The position numbers were made by a program, and so were the translations under genes. This document shows, piece after piece, positions 32,995-47,151 of a stretch of 64,000 bases of DNA. This stretch comes from Alphaproteobacteria bacterium. GTDB lineage: Bacteria > Pseudomonadota > Alphaproteobacteria > GCA-2746255. The stretch spans positions 1,600,001-1,664,000 of the forward strand of contig OZ252220.1 in the NCBI GenBank assembly GCA_965249135.1. The letters are read 5' to 3'. The notes beneath the pieces are model-generated. The model was not told where the DNA came from. It saw only the letters and a program-made list of their open reading frames with translations, and did not search any database. Within the stretch, counting starts at the first letter, position 1, and each line of letters opens with the position of its first letter.

Positions 32995-34150
32995 CGCACG
33001 GCACGTCTTTGCCGCTCTTATTTTGTTGGCCGGCGTCATCGCTTTTCCAGCGCATGGCGAAGATCCAGATCGGGAACTTCGTGACGTCGAACGGGCGATC
33101 GAAGAGGGCGAGGGTCGAAAGGCGTCGCTTGAGAAAAAAGCGGCTGCCATTGCGAAAAATATCCAAGGCATTCGCAAAGAGATGGTCAAGGCGGCACGCA
33201 ATACCCAAGAACGCGAGGAAGTGGTTTCTTCGCTTGAGAGGCGACTCGATGCGCTTGAAAAAAAGCTTGATGAAAAACGCCGGGCGCTTGAAAAAAAGCA
33301 CCATCAATTCGGAAACGTTCTTGCTGCCCTTGAACGGCTTGCGGTGACCCCGCAGGAAACGCTTCTTGTATTGCCGGCGCGTCCCATCGATACCATTCGC
33401 AGCATCAATCTCATTCGTATCGTCGTCCCCAGAATTGAATCGAAGGCCGACGAGCTTCGCCGGGAGCTTACGGTGTTTTCAAGTTTAAGAGCGGAAATCA
33501 CCCGTCGGCAGGAAGATTATGTGCAGGAGACGAAGGCGCTTGAAAAAGAGCGCCAACAGCTCGGCAGGCTGTTGAAGCGAAAACAAAAGCTGGGGTCAAG
33601 GACGCGAGCGGAAAGCAAGAAGGAACAGGAGCGCCTCCGTAAACTCGTCGCTCAGGCAAAAAATCTTCGCGAGCTTCTGGCGCGACTGGAGCGCGCGCCG
33701 GCGATGGCCGCCCTGCCGCCTCCGATCGAAGGCATTCCCTCCTTCCGATCGGCCCGCGGCACCCTGCCGTTGCCGGCACGCGGCCAGCTCGTCCGCCGTT
33801 ATGGCGAGAAAACGGAATTCGGCGTGCCGAGCAAGGGAATCCGTATCGAGACCTTGAAATCTGCCCAAGTCGTCGCCCCCTTCGATGGCCAGGTCGTTTT
33901 TGCAGGGCCTTTCCGGGGCTATGGCCGACTCTTGATCATCCGCCACACCGAAGGCTATCATACTCTATTGGCAGGGTTATTCCGGATTGACGGCGTCGTT
34001 GGCCAATGGGTACTTGCCGGTGAGCCAGTGGGCGCCATGGGCAGGCCCGCCGCCGGCAATCCGACCCTTTATGTCGAGTTACGCCATGAAGGCCACTCCA
34101 TAAACCTGCTACCATGGCTAGCAGCAGGCAGAGATAAGGTTAGCGGGTAA
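32981..34150 (+). CDS. envC: murein hydrolase activator EnvC family (coiled coil plus M23-like domain)
   Basis: Signal peptide, coiled coil, GPFRGYG, LYVELR. Confidence 0.85.
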   Translation: MQRLSARHVFAALILLAGVIAFPAHGEDPDRELRDVERAIEEGEGRKASLEKKAAAIAKNIQGIRKEMVKAARNTQEREEVVSSLERRLDALEKKLDEKRRALEKKHHQFGNVLAALERLAVTPQETLLVLPARPIDTIRSINLIRIVVPRIESKADELRRELTVFSSLRAEITRRQEDYVQETKALEKERQQLGRLLKRKQKLGSRTRAESKKEQERLRKLVAQAKNLRELLARLERAPAMAALPPPIEGIPSFRSARGTLPLPARGQLVRRYGEKTEFGVPSKGIRIETLKSAQVVAPFDGQVVFAGPFRGYGRLLIIRHTEGYHTLLAGLFRIDGVVGQWVLAGEPVGAMGRPAAGNPTLYVELRHEGHSINLLPWLAAGRDKVSG

Positions 34151-35433
34151 TGCGCATCTTCGTTCCGACGACCATCGCATTGGCGGCGTTTTTGTTTTCC
34201 GCTCCACTTGCGGCGAAAGAGAAAGATCCGACCGATACCTATCAGCAATTGCATCTGCTGGGGGAGGTCTTCGAACGGGTTCGCATGAACTATGTCGACG
34301 AAGTTGAAGATTCAACGCTGATTGAATCGGCAATCAACGGCATGTTGATCTCGCTTGATCCGCATTCAGGCTATTTGAATCCGAAAGCCTTTGAGGACAT
34401 GCAGGTTCGTACCCGGGGCGAGTTTGGAGGCCTCGGCATCGAAGTTACGATGGAGAACGGGTTCGTGAAGGTCGTCTCACCGATTGACGACACGCCGGCC
34501 CATCGCGCCGGGCTGCAGACCGGCGACTACATCACCCATCTTGATGGAAAGCCCGTTCTTGGCCTGACATTGCCGCAGGCGGTCGAGTTGATGCGCGGGG
34601 ACATAGGAACGAAGATTAAACTCACCATCCGCCGCGAGAGAAGCGATCTGATCGAAGTCACGATTACCCGTGCGAAGATCAAGATTCGATCCGTCCGTTC
34701 CCATCTCGAAGAAAATGTCGGCTATGTGCGTATCACTTCTTTCAACGAAAAGACGCAGCCCTCCGTTAGGGATGCGATCGAAAAGTTCGAGAAAAAGAAA
34801 GGCCAAAACCTGCAAGGGATTGTCCTGGATCTTCGGAACAATCCCGGCGGTCTTCTGGATCAGGCCATCGCCGTTTCCGACGCGTTTCTGGAGAAGGGGG
34901 AAATCGTCTCGACTCGCGGCCGCTCACCTGACGATGTGCAACGCTTCAACGCCAATTCCGGTGATTTGCTGCATGGTCTTCCGGTCGTCGTTCTGATCAA
35001 TGGTGGTTCGGCTTCGGCCTCCGAGATCGTCGCCGGCGCGCTTCAGGATCACCAGCGTGCCATCGTGCTCGGCACCCGTTCCTTCGGAAAAGGTTCCGTG
35101 CAGACGATCATTCCACTTGGCAAGTATGGCGCGATGCGCTTGACGACGGCACGTTACTACACGCCCTCCGGCCGTTCCATTCAGGCAAAGGGAATCGACC
35201 CTGACATCTTGGTCGAGCCGGCACGGATCGAAGAACTGGATGGCCTTGGCCGTACACGCGAGGAGGACCTGCGTGGCGCCTTGACGAACGAAGAGTTGCA
35301 AACGGAAAACGCGAAAACAGGAAAGGATGGCGAGCAGGACGAAGAGATGAAAGACTACCAATTGCTTCGCGCGCTCGATCTGATCCGGGGTGTTTCCCTT
35401 TACTCCGATCGGCCTCAGCAACCGCCATCCTGA
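34150..35433 (+). CDS. ctpA: S41 carboxyl-terminal processing protease
   Basis: LDPHS, PDZ, DLRNNPGG, SASASEIV, FGKGSVQ. Confidence 0.93.
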   Translation: MRIFVPTTIALAAFLFSAPLAAKEKDPTDTYQQLHLLGEVFERVRMNYVDEVEDSTLIESAINGMLISLDPHSGYLNPKAFEDMQVRTRGEFGGLGIEVTMENGFVKVVSPIDDTPAHRAGLQTGDYITHLDGKPVLGLTLPQAVELMRGDIGTKIKLTIRRERSDLIEVTITRAKIKIRSVRSHLEENVGYVRITSFNEKTQPSVRDAIEKFEKKKGQNLQGIVLDLRNNPGGLLDQAIAVSDAFLEKGEIVSTRGRSPDDVQRFNANSGDLLHGLPVVVLINGGSASASEIVAGALQDHQRAIVLGTRSFGKGSVQTIIPLGKYGAMRLTTARYYTPSGRSIQAKGIDPDILVEPARIEELDGLGRTREEDLRGALTNEELQTENAKTGKDGEQDEEMKDYQLLRALDLIRGVSLYSDRPQQPPS

Positions 35434-35450
35434 ACACAGCCCTTTAGCCA

Positions 35451-36689
35451 ATGGCAGCAAAGGACGCACGTATCCTGCCGGTGAAGACTTCCAGTGGCGG
35501 AAGTCTGCTGACGGCAAGCTGGTTGATTCTGGTTTTGCTGATCGGCGGAGCCGTCGGCTGGCTGCTCGTCGCGGGCGAGGTGACGCCCTCGGAGCGTGGC
35601 GCCGGGCCAATGAACGTTGTCGTGAAACTACCGCCGTTCATGGTTCCGATCCCATCCTTGGCGGAGGTCGCGGCGGAAGAAGCGGTGGAAGCGGCTGCAA
35701 CGGCAGAAAAAAGGGAAGCAACCGAGACGGAAGCGGTGAGCAAGCCGGAAAGCCTGCCGGGCGAACCGGCGGCGGAAACGAAGGCGGAGCCTGCGCCGCC
35801 TCCAGCCAGCCTTTCGAAAGCCGAGCCGGCCGAACAAACCGCCGTCCTCATCCCGCCGCCCTTGCTGTCACCGGCGCTTTCGCTTGCGCCGGCACCCGAT
35901 CCGGATCTCGTCGAGACAAGCCAGAAGGGACTCTTGCCGGCGATCGGAAGCAACGGGCGGATGCCGTGGCGGGTCTACGCCCGACCCTTTGACGGGGCGG
36001 ATGGACGCCCCCGGATTGCCATCGTCATCAATTGGCTGGGCTTGAGCGATGCGGCGACGGAAGCCGCCATCCAGGAGCTTCCGGGCGCCGTGACCCTTGC
36101 CTTCGCGCCTTACGCGGAGAATTTGACCAACTGGGTGCGGCTGGCGCGGGCGGCCGGCCACGAGGTTCTTCTGAACCTGCCCATGGAACCGCTGAACTAT
36201 CCGGCGAACGATCCCGGCCCGCAGGCCTTGCTCACGAGCCTAAGCCCGGCCCGCAACCTCGATCGTCTCGAATGGACGCTGTCGCGGGTGACCGGGTATG
36301 TTGGCGTGACGAATTACATGGGCTCGCGTTTCACGACCTCGTCGACATCGTTGAAGCCCGTGCTGAAGGCGCTCAAGGGCCGTGGTCTTCTTTTCCTCGA
36401 CAGCCGGTCCTCCTCGCGAAGCCTGGTGTCAGAAGTGGCAGGCGAATTGGCATTGCCCTGGGTGGCGAACAATCGCTTCCTCGATAACCAGGCTTCGCGC
36501 ATCGCAATTGATTCGGAACTCGAGGCGATCGAAACCGTGGCCCGCAGTCAGGGCCATGCGGTTGGCATCGGCTTTCCGTATCCGGTCACGCTCGAGCGAC
36601 TCGCCGTCTGGATACCCACCCTGCGGAAGAAGGGGCTCGTGCTTACGCCAATCAGTGCGATCGCACAGACAGCAGAAAAATCGGAATGA
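35451..36689 (+). CDS. divergent polysaccharide deacetylase family protein (YibQ-like)
   Basis: TM plus Pro/Glu linker, PMEP, NYMGSRF, FLDS. Confidence 0.85.
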   Translation: MAAKDARILPVKTSSGGSLLTASWLILVLLIGGAVGWLLVAGEVTPSERGAGPMNVVVKLPPFMVPIPSLAEVAAEEAVEAAATAEKREATETEAVSKPESLPGEPAAETKAEPAPPPASLSKAEPAEQTAVLIPPPLLSPALSLAPAPDPDLVETSQKGLLPAIGSNGRMPWRVYARPFDGADGRPRIAIVINWLGLSDAATEAAIQELPGAVTLAFAPYAENLTNWVRLARAAGHEVLLNLPMEPLNYPANDPGPQALLTSLSPARNLDRLEWTLSRVTGYVGVTNYMGSRFTTSSTSLKPVLKALKGRGLLFLDSRSSSRSLVSEVAGELALPWVANNRFLDNQASRIAIDSELEAIETVARSQGHAVGIGFPYPVTLERLAVWIPTLRKKGLVLTPISAIAQTAEKSE

Positions 36690-37195
36690 AGAAAGCGGAA
36701 GCCGAAGCCGAAGCCGAAGCCCTTCCCTACCGTCCGGGCGTCGGTATCTTGTTATTGAACCGGCATGGCAAGGTCTTCGTCGGTAGCCGCATCGATATGC
36801 GCAGTGACGCTTGGCAGATGCCGCAAGGTGGCATCGATCCAGGCGAGACGCCCGAGCAGGCCGCCTTTCGTGAATTCGGGGAAGAAGTCGGGACGGACAA
36901 GGCAGAGATCGTCGCCGAAAGCGGGGATTGGTACTTTTACGATCTGCCGGACGAGCTTTTGGGGAAGATTTGGGGCGGTAAATACCGCGGTCAGAAGCAG
37001 AAATGGTTTGTTTTCCGCTTCTTAGGCGAAGATTCGGACATCCGGATCGATGGCGTGCATCGGGAATTCCACGAGTGGCGATGGGTCGATTTCGAGGAGC
37101 TCCCCGGTCTTGCCATTCCCTTTAAGCGTCGGTTGTACGAGGCGCTCGTCGCTGAGTTTGCGCCGGTTGTACAGGCGGCCTCAAAGCGTTCGTAA
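36686..37195 (+). CDS. rppH: RNA pyrophosphohydrolase
   Basis: YRPGVG, WQMPQGGID..E...REFGEEVG Nudix box, GQKQKWF. Confidence 0.93.
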   Translation: MKKAEAEAEAEALPYRPGVGILLLNRHGKVFVGSRIDMRSDAWQMPQGGIDPGETPEQAAFREFGEEVGTDKAEIVAESGDWYFYDLPDELLGKIWGGKYRGQKQKWFVFRFLGEDSDIRIDGVHREFHEWRWVDFEELPGLAIPFKRRLYEALVAEFAPVVQAASKRS

Positions 37196-37210
37196 AAGAG
37201 CGACCGGGTT

Positions 37211-38020
37211 TTAAGCAGCGAGGTTTCGTGCGCGCCACTGCATGAAACGATGGGCACCCTTCGCAAGCCACTGAAGCTTACGATCGCTTAAGCGGACGGC
37301 CGCCGCCTTCATCGTCATCGTAAGTGCACGCTCCAAGTGACGTGGCCGGTAGTAGCGGTAGGCCCGCTTTAAATATTCGGCGCTGCTTTTCTTTCGGACG
37401 TATGGCCCGCGCTCATCATTTGCGCAGAAGTATGCGAAAGCAAGTTCGTCGTCTTCCGATTCGATAATGCGCCCCAAGGCGATGCGGAGACGTTGAAGCA
37501 CGTTCAAGCGGTCGTCTGCGTAATAGCGCTTCATATGCGTGTAGAAAAGCTTGTAGTGGCGGAATTCATCGCTTGCGATGTTTCGGCAGATCGCCTTCAG
37601 CACCGGTTCGTCCGACGCATCGGCGAGCGCCGAATAATACGAACTGGTTCCCACCTCGACGATGCAACGGGAGATAAGCTCGCCGGTGCGAGATCCACGC
37701 ACCGATGAAACGGATTCGACCGGAATCTTGAATCCTTCCGTGAACCGGCGGAAACTTTTCTTGAAGTCGAAGGTCGAGTCCGCTATTTCCGCCCAGCGAC
37801 GCAGCGCCTCGCCGTGCTGTTCTTCTTCCTTTGCCCAGGTCCGGGCCGCTTCCTGAAATTCCGGGTCGTCGTGAAAGATATTGCAAAGATAGTCCGCATA
37901 GTCGGCGGCATTGCGCTCGACCATACTGGCCGCCTTGGCAATGCAGAGCAGGTCCGCATCGACTTTTGCGGCGTCGAACGCTTCCCAAGGGATGTCGTCA
38001 AGGGTCCAGTGCTTGGACAT
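37211..38020 (-). CDS. ferritin-like di-iron domain protein
   Basis: WAKEEEQHG and DEFRHY ExxH pairs; ATG 38020. Confidence 0.8.
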   Translation of the reverse strand: MSKHWTLDDIPWEAFDAAKVDADLLCIAKAASMVERNAADYADYLCNIFHDDPEFQEAARTWAKEEEQHGEALRRWAEIADSTFDFKKSFRRFTEGFKIPVESVSSVRGSRTGELISRCIVEVGTSSYYSALADASDEPVLKAICRNIASDEFRHYKLFYTHMKRYYADDRLNVLQRLRIALGRIIESEDDELAFAYFCANDERGPYVRKKSSAEYLKRAYRYYRPRHLERALTMTMKAAAVRLSDRKLQWLAKGAHRFMQWRARNLAA

Positions 38021-38107
38021 GCTGCCCTCGTATGCAGGCGTTTCCAAAAGTATAGGTGGCCGTCGATGGCCTGCCAAGAAGCTGGAAAACCAAAGCAGGT
38101 CTAGGGA

Positions 38108-38515
38108 TTAAGCCTTGGCCCAGCCGTCCAGCGCGGCAAGCATCGCGTCTGTGATGGCAAGCTCGGCCTGGGCCCCCGTATCGTCGGGATGCGCCTGAAG
38201 GTCCTCCTTCGCGTTCGCCTGGCGCTGCTCGATCTTTACGCGGTCCATCTCGGCGACCGGGATCGCCACTTCCGTCAGCACCGTGCAGCGTTCCGGGGTC
38301 GCCTCCGCGAAACCGCCGGCGACGAACAGGCCGGTCGTCTCATCGCCTTCTTCGTGGACCTCGATGATGCCGGGCCGCACGCTTGAAAGAAACGGCGCAT
38401 GCCCCGGCAGGACGGCGAAATCCCCTTCCGATCCGGGCACGACGACGAAGTCGACGTTGCGGGAAACGAGTAGCTTCTCCGGAGAGACGAGTTCGAAGAC
38501 GACCTTGTCGGCCAT
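38108..38515 (-). CDS. atpC: F1 ATP synthase epsilon subunit
   Basis: FELVSPE, LPGHAP, GGFAE. Confidence 0.95.
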   Translation of the reverse strand: MADKVVFELVSPEKLLVSRNVDFVVVPGSEGDFAVLPGHAPFLSSVRPGIIEVHEEGDETTGLFVAGGFAEATPERCTVLTEVAIPVAEMDRVKIEQRQANAKEDLQAHPDDTGAQAELAITDAMLAALDGWAKA

Positions 38516-38527
38516 GGCTTCTGCTCC

Positions 38528-40875
<2,348 letters not shown>

Positions 40876-40900
40876 ACAGGCTTGGTCCGATACAGACAGT

Positions 40901-42429
<1,529 letters not shown>

Positions 42430-42430
<1 letters not shown>

Positions 42431-42990
42431 TATGCAGTTCCCTTCATGGCGATTTTCAAGCGTTCGAGTTGTGAGCGAAGTGAATTGTCCATCATCCGCG
42501 AGCCAAGTCGGATGACCAACCCGCCGAGCAGGCTCGGCTCCAATTTGGGACGAATGGTAACGTCGCTGCCGATGGCCGCCTTCAAGGCCTTCCGGATGGA
42601 GGCGAGCTGGGCGTCGTTCAAGGCCTTCGCCGAGGCCACCTCGGCCGTCACCTCGCCGCGATGGGCGGCAAGCATCTCGCGAAACGCCCGGATCATGGCG
42701 GGAAGCGCAAAAAGCCGCCGGTTCCTGGCGAGAAGCCCCAGAAACTTAGCAACCAGTTCGGAAAAGTCGGCCGCTGCGGCGATCGCGCCGATGGCGGCGG
42801 CTGCCTCGTCGCGGGAAAGAACGGGGCTGCGGATCATCCGACGGAGATCGGCGCTTTCGTCGATCATCGCCTGAAGACCGTCCAGATCGGCAGCGACCGA
42901 ATTCAGCAATTTTTGCTCGTCGGCGAGTTCGAAGAGCGCGGTGGCATAGCGACTGGCGAGACCGGAAACACCGGCGGCTTCGGATGACAC
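42430..42990 (-). CDS. atpH: F1 ATP synthase delta subunit
   Basis: RYATALF, LLGGL...GSRMMD.S. Confidence 0.95.
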
Positions 42991-43033
42991 CTTTGAGATC
43001 CCTTAAAGTACCTATCGAGGGTGAAACCGATCG

Positions 43034-43071
43034 TTAAGGGATGAACCCTGGATTAAGGGATGAACCCTGGA
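43034..43071. repeat. perfect 19-bp tandem duplication upstream of atpH
   Basis: TTAAGGGATGAACCCTGGA x2. Confidence 0.9.
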
Positions 43072-43208
43072 TTTAGAGGATCGGACTCGGTAGCCAGAGA
43101 GGGCGCCCCTCCTTGAAAAATCAGCGGATACCTAGCATAGGGATTGGGCCGTTGCAACCGGAGGACGGCCTCGTTTTTCCTCGATTCTCAAGTGGTTTCG
43201 CCGCGCGT

Positions 43209-45458
43209 TCAGAGGAAGCTATAGGGGTCAATATCGATCTGAAGTTTGACGCCACTTGGCGGCAGATTCGGGTCGAGCCAATGATGCAGTGCCTTCTGGA
43301 GCATGGCATTCGGTCCGGCTTTCATGAGCAGGCGCGTGCGGTGCTTGCCACGCAGCATGGCGAGCGGTGCGGGCGCCGGGCCAAGCACGTGGATGGTTCC
43401 CTCTTCCGGGGCGGTGCGGCGCAAGCGTTGGGCGTAACGCGCGACTTTGCTGCTATCCACGCCGGAGACGATCAAGGCGGCCAACTTCCCGAAGGGCGGC
43501 ATGCCTTCCGCCTCGCGCGCGCGCGCCTCCGTTTCCAGGAAGGAATCGCGATTGCCAGTGGCCAGCGCCTGCATGACGGGGGTTTCCGGGAGGTGGGTCT
43601 GCAAATAGGCGCACCCCGGCCGTGCTTCCCGGCCGGCCCGGCCCGCCACCTGATGGAGCATCTGGTAGCACCGCTCGCCGGCACGCAGGTCGCCGCCGGC
43701 AAGGCCAAGGTCTGCGTCCACGACTCCGACCAGGGTAAGGTTCGGAAAGTGATGGCCTTTTGCCATCACCTGGGTGCCGACAAGAAGGTCGATCTCGCCC
43801 ACCTGCATGCGCCGCACGAGGTCAGCGGCGGCGGTGGCGGTGCCGATGGTATCGCTCGTCATGATGGCGATGCGGGCCGTTGGAAAGCGTGTGCTCACTT
43901 CCTCCGCCAGGCGCTCGACGCCGGGGCCGCAAGGCACGAGCCGGTCCGTCGCCCCGCAGGCCGGACAAACCGAAGGCGCCGTCTCCGAATACCCGCAATG
44001 ATGGCAAAGCAAGCGTTCGGCCTGGCGGTGCGCGACCAGCCACGCCGTGCAGGCCGGGCATTGGAAACGGTGCCCGCAGTTCCTGCAAAGGGTAAGCGGC
44101 GCATAGCCGCGCCGATTGAGAAACAGCATGGCCTGTTCGCCTGCGTTCAGCGTTTCCTCCAAGGCGGCACTCAGGGTCGGTGAAAGCCAGCCGCCGCGGG
44201 GTGGCGGGTCCTTGCGAAGGTCGATCAGCCGGATCGTAGGCAGGTTGGCGCCGGCGTGGCGGTCTGGCAGATGCAGATGCGCATAGCGGCCGGCTTTCGC
44301 GTTCCGCATCGTTTCGAGTGAGGGCGTCGCAGACGCGAGCACAATCGGCAACTTTCCTAATTTCGCCCGGACGATGGCCATGTCCCGGGCCTGATAAATC
44401 ACACCTTCTTCCTGTTTGTAGGAAACATCGTGTTCTTCATCGACGACGATGAGACCGAGTTCAGGGAAGGGAAGGAAAAGGGCGGAACGGGCACCTACGA
44501 CGATGCGGGCTTCTCCTTCCGCGACCGCGCGCCACGTGCGCCTGCGTTCGGCCCGGCCGAGTTCGGAATGCCAGACGGCGGGACGCGCTCCGAAGCGTTC
44601 CTCGAAGCGCATCAGCCATTGTGCGCTAAGCGCGATCTCAGGCAACAGAACGAGGGCCTGCTTGCCGAGCCGAAGCGCGTGGCCGAGGGCTTCGAAATAA
44701 ACTTCCGTCTTGCCGGAACCGGTGACGCCATCCAGCAGGCTGGGCTGAAACCCGCCTTCCGTGATGGCAAGCTTCAAGGCGTCGGCGGCGCTTCGTTGGG
44801 GGGCGGAAAGCGTAGGTCCTTCGTGTTTCCCATCCGGTTGCGCCAAGGGGGAAGGCAAAAGCTGCACCGCCTCGAGGATGCCGGCGTGGATAAGGCCCTG
44901 GATGACGGTGGCGCCGACGCCTGCCTTTCGGGCAAGGGCCGCCTTCGCAAGCGGCGCGTTTCCAGAATTTATAAGAAAGTCAATGACTTGATTTCGTTTC
45001 GGCGTGAGGCGGCCCGACCTTTCCAAGGCCATTTGGTCCAAGGCCATTTGGTCCAAGGCTATTTGGCGCAGGCGCAGCCCTTCCAGTTGCCTTGGCGCTT
45101 GCAGCGCTTCGGGGATGCTCATCGTCATTCGAAGCACGAGGCCCATCGGCGTCATCGTATAGGCCGCCACCCATTCGACGAAGCGGCGAAGGACCGCCGG
45201 CATGCGGGGTGCAGCCAAACGTTCGGCAACCGCCTTCAGTTTGATGGCGTCGTCATGCGGCTGCTCCGCCGCGGCTTCGTCCCAGACGACGCCAATCGCT
45301 TCGCGTCCTGCCAGCGGGACGCGCACGTAATCGCCGGGACAAAGGCCTGCGTCGGGTGTCGCGCAATAGTCGTAAGGGTGCGCAAGCCGATAGGGGAGCA
45401 GAACCGGAAGACGGACTTCCGTTTCAGGCGTTCGGACGCTGGCAGAGGCCAATGGCAT
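43209..45458 (-). CDS. priA: primosomal protein N'
   Basis: GVTGSGKT, DEEH, SATPS, four CxxC pairs, QVAGRAGR. Confidence 0.96.
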   Translation of the reverse strand: MPLASASVRTPETEVRLPVLLPYRLAHPYDYCATPDAGLCPGDYVRVPLAGREAIGVVWDEAAAEQPHDDAIKLKAVAERLAAPRMPAVLRRFVEWVAAYTMTPMGLVLRMTMSIPEALQAPRQLEGLRLRQIALDQMALDQMALERSGRLTPKRNQVIDFLINSGNAPLAKAALARKAGVGATVIQGLIHAGILEAVQLLPSPLAQPDGKHEGPTLSAPQRSAADALKLAITEGGFQPSLLDGVTGSGKTEVYFEALGHALRLGKQALVLLPEIALSAQWLMRFEERFGARPAVWHSELGRAERRRTWRAVAEGEARIVVGARSALFLPFPELGLIVVDEEHDVSYKQEEGVIYQARDMAIVRAKLGKLPIVLASATPSLETMRNAKAGRYAHLHLPDRHAGANLPTIRLIDLRKDPPPRGGWLSPTLSAALEETLNAGEQAMLFLNRRGYAPLTLCRNCGHRFQCPACTAWLVAHRQAERLLCHHCGYSETAPSVCPACGATDRLVPCGPGVERLAEEVSTRFPTARIAIMTSDTIGTATAAADLVRRMQVGEIDLLVGTQVMAKGHHFPNLTLVGVVDADLGLAGGDLRAGERCYQMLHQVAGRAGREARPGCAYLQTHLPETPVMQALATGNRDSFLETEARAREAEGMPPFGKLAALIVSGVDSSKVARYAQRLRRTAPEEGTIHVLGPAPAPLAMLRGKHRTRLLMKAGPNAMLQKALHHWLDPNLPPSGVKLQIDIDPYSFL
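45022..45066. repeat. 3x15-bp in-frame tandem repeat in priA
   Basis: TCCAAGGC(C/T)ATTTGG x3, encoding QIALDQMALDQMALE. Confidence 0.85.
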
Positions 45459-45535
45459 AGACTACACTCTAGTCAAGGCTCGAAGCTGGGGCCAGCGACC
45501 CTTTATGCGCTCGGCGAATCCATTCGGAAACTACA

Positions 45536-46192
45536 ATGAAATTTTTTGTTGATACCGCTGACCTTGAGGAGATCCGTGATCTCGCGGCGAGCGGCCTGCT
45601 CGATGGGGTGACGACGAATCCATCGCTGGTGGCCAAGACCGGCCAAGACTTCATCGAGGTTGTGAAACAGATTTGCGAAGTCGTTTCGGGTCCGGTCAGT
45701 GCCGAAGTGACCGCGACGGATCATGCCACGATGGTCAAGGAAGGCCGAAAGCTTGCGAAGATCGCAAAGAACATCGCCGTGAAGGTGCCGCTTACGCCGG
45801 ATGGCTTACATGCCTGCCGGATCCTTCGCGAGGACGGCACGATGGTGAACGTGACGCTTTGCTTCTCGCCGGCCCAGGCGATCCTGGCGGCGAAGGCGGG
45901 TGCCAGCTTCGTCTCCCCCTTCATCGGCCGCCTCGACGACATCGGCGAAGACGGCATGGGGCTGATTGCCGATATCTGCCAGATTTACCGGCAGTACGAT
46001 GCCTTCACGACGGAGGTGCTCGTTGCCTCCGTCCGCCACCCGATCCACGTGATCGAAGCGGCAAAAGTAGGCGCCCATGTCGCCACCATGCCGCCGAAGG
46101 TCCTGCGTCAGTTGTTTCAACATCCACTGACCGACAAGGGGCTCGCTGCCTTTCTGGCGGATTGGCAGAAGACGGGCCAGTCGATCCTTTAG
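45536..46192 (+). CDS. tal: transaldolase/fructose-6-phosphate aldolase family
   Basis: [32 protein letters not shown]. Confidence 0.92.
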   Translation: MKFFVDTADLEEIRDLAASGLLDGVTTNPSLVAKTGQDFIEVVKQICEVVSGPVSAEVTATDHATMVKEGRKLAKIAKNIAVKVPLTPDGLHACRILREDGTMVNVTLCFSPAQAILAAKAGASFVSPFIGRLDDIGEDGMGLIADICQIYRQYDAFTTEVLVASVRHPIHVIEAAKVGAHVATMPPKVLRQLFQHPLTDKGLAAFLADWQKTGQSIL

Positions 46193-46199
46193 AGAAGCG

Positions 46200-47141
46200 A
46201 TGGGGACGAACGCTCCACACCCGGCTGACCCAGAGCTTTCGGCCGCCATTGGCGAATGGGAAGCCTGGCTTGCTTCCGAGCGCCGCTACTCGCTTCATAC
46301 GGTGAAGGCCTATGACCGGGATCTCACCCAATTCCTTAAATTTCTGACCGACCACCTTGGCCGTCTGCCGGGGGTTGGCGCGCTCTCCGAGCTCAAGGCC
46401 GCCGATTTCCGGGCGTGGCTTGCTGCCCAAGCCCGGGCGGGCAAGGCGAAAGTCTCGATCGCGCGCGCGCTTTCCGTCGTGCGCGGGTTTTTCCGGTTTC
46501 TCGACCAGCGCGGGCTTTGCCACAATCCGGCGGTCGGGGCGGTTCGCTCGCCGCGGCTGCCCCATTCCGTGCCGAGACCGCTCGCCCCAAGCGAGGCGAA
46601 GGACGCCATCGAGGCGGCGGGAACGAGCACGGCGAAGCCCTGGATCGCCAAGCGCAACGCCGCGATCCTCACGCTGCTTTACGGGTGCGGCCTTCGCATC
46701 GGGGAGGCGTTGGGCCTCAGCCGCGGGCAGGCGCCGAGCGGGGGGGGCCTCGTCGTCTTCGGCAAGGGGGGGAAGGAACGCATCGTGCCGGTCTTGGCAA
46801 TCGTCCGCGAGGCAGTGGCGGATTACCTTGAGGCCTGTCCCTTCCCACTGGAAGCGGACGATCCTCTCTTCGTGGGCGCCCGCGGGCGGCGCCTGCAGGC
46901 CGGGATCGTGCAAAAGGAGATGCGAAGTTTGCGGGCGAGCCTGGGCCTGCCGGAGACCGCGACCCCGCACGCGCTTCGCCATAGCTTTGCCACGCATCTC
47001 CTTGCCGGCGGCGGCGACTTGCGCGCCATCCAGGAACTCCTGGGCCACGCCTCGCTTTCCACGACCCAGCGTTACACGGAAGTGGATGAGAAGAAGCTCC
47101 TTCGAACCTATGAAAAGGCCCACCCCCGCGCCCGGGGGTAG
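46200..47141 (+). CDS. xerC: tyrosine recombinase XerC
   Basis: LYGCGLR, GKGGKER, HALRHSFATH, LGH, TQRY; core-genome position. Confidence 0.9.
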   Translation: MGTNAPHPADPELSAAIGEWEAWLASERRYSLHTVKAYDRDLTQFLKFLTDHLGRLPGVGALSELKAADFRAWLAAQARAGKAKVSIARALSVVRGFFRFLDQRGLCHNPAVGAVRSPRLPHSVPRPLAPSEAKDAIEAAGTSTAKPWIAKRNAAILTLLYGCGLRIGEALGLSRGQAPSGGGLVVFGKGGKERIVPVLAIVREAVADYLEACPFPLEADDPLFVGARGRRLQAGIVQKEMRSLRASLGLPETATPHALRHSFATHLLAGGGDLRAIQELLGHASLSTTQRYTEVDEKKLLRTYEKAHPRARG

Positions 47142-47151
47142 AAGGGATCGT

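Noticed and set aside
36698-36721. GAAGCC repeats at the rppH 5' end, and the GAC run in zapE near 59370-59386
   Set aside because: Short in-frame microsatellites with no frameshift; no sign of phase variation.
43034-43071. CRISPR-like repeats
   Set aside because: Two adjacent units, no spacers, no cas genes.
46200-47141. Tyrosine recombinase as a prophage or ICE integrase
   Set aside because: XerC-like size and motifs, core priA-tal-xerC-lpdA context, no att sites or cargo.
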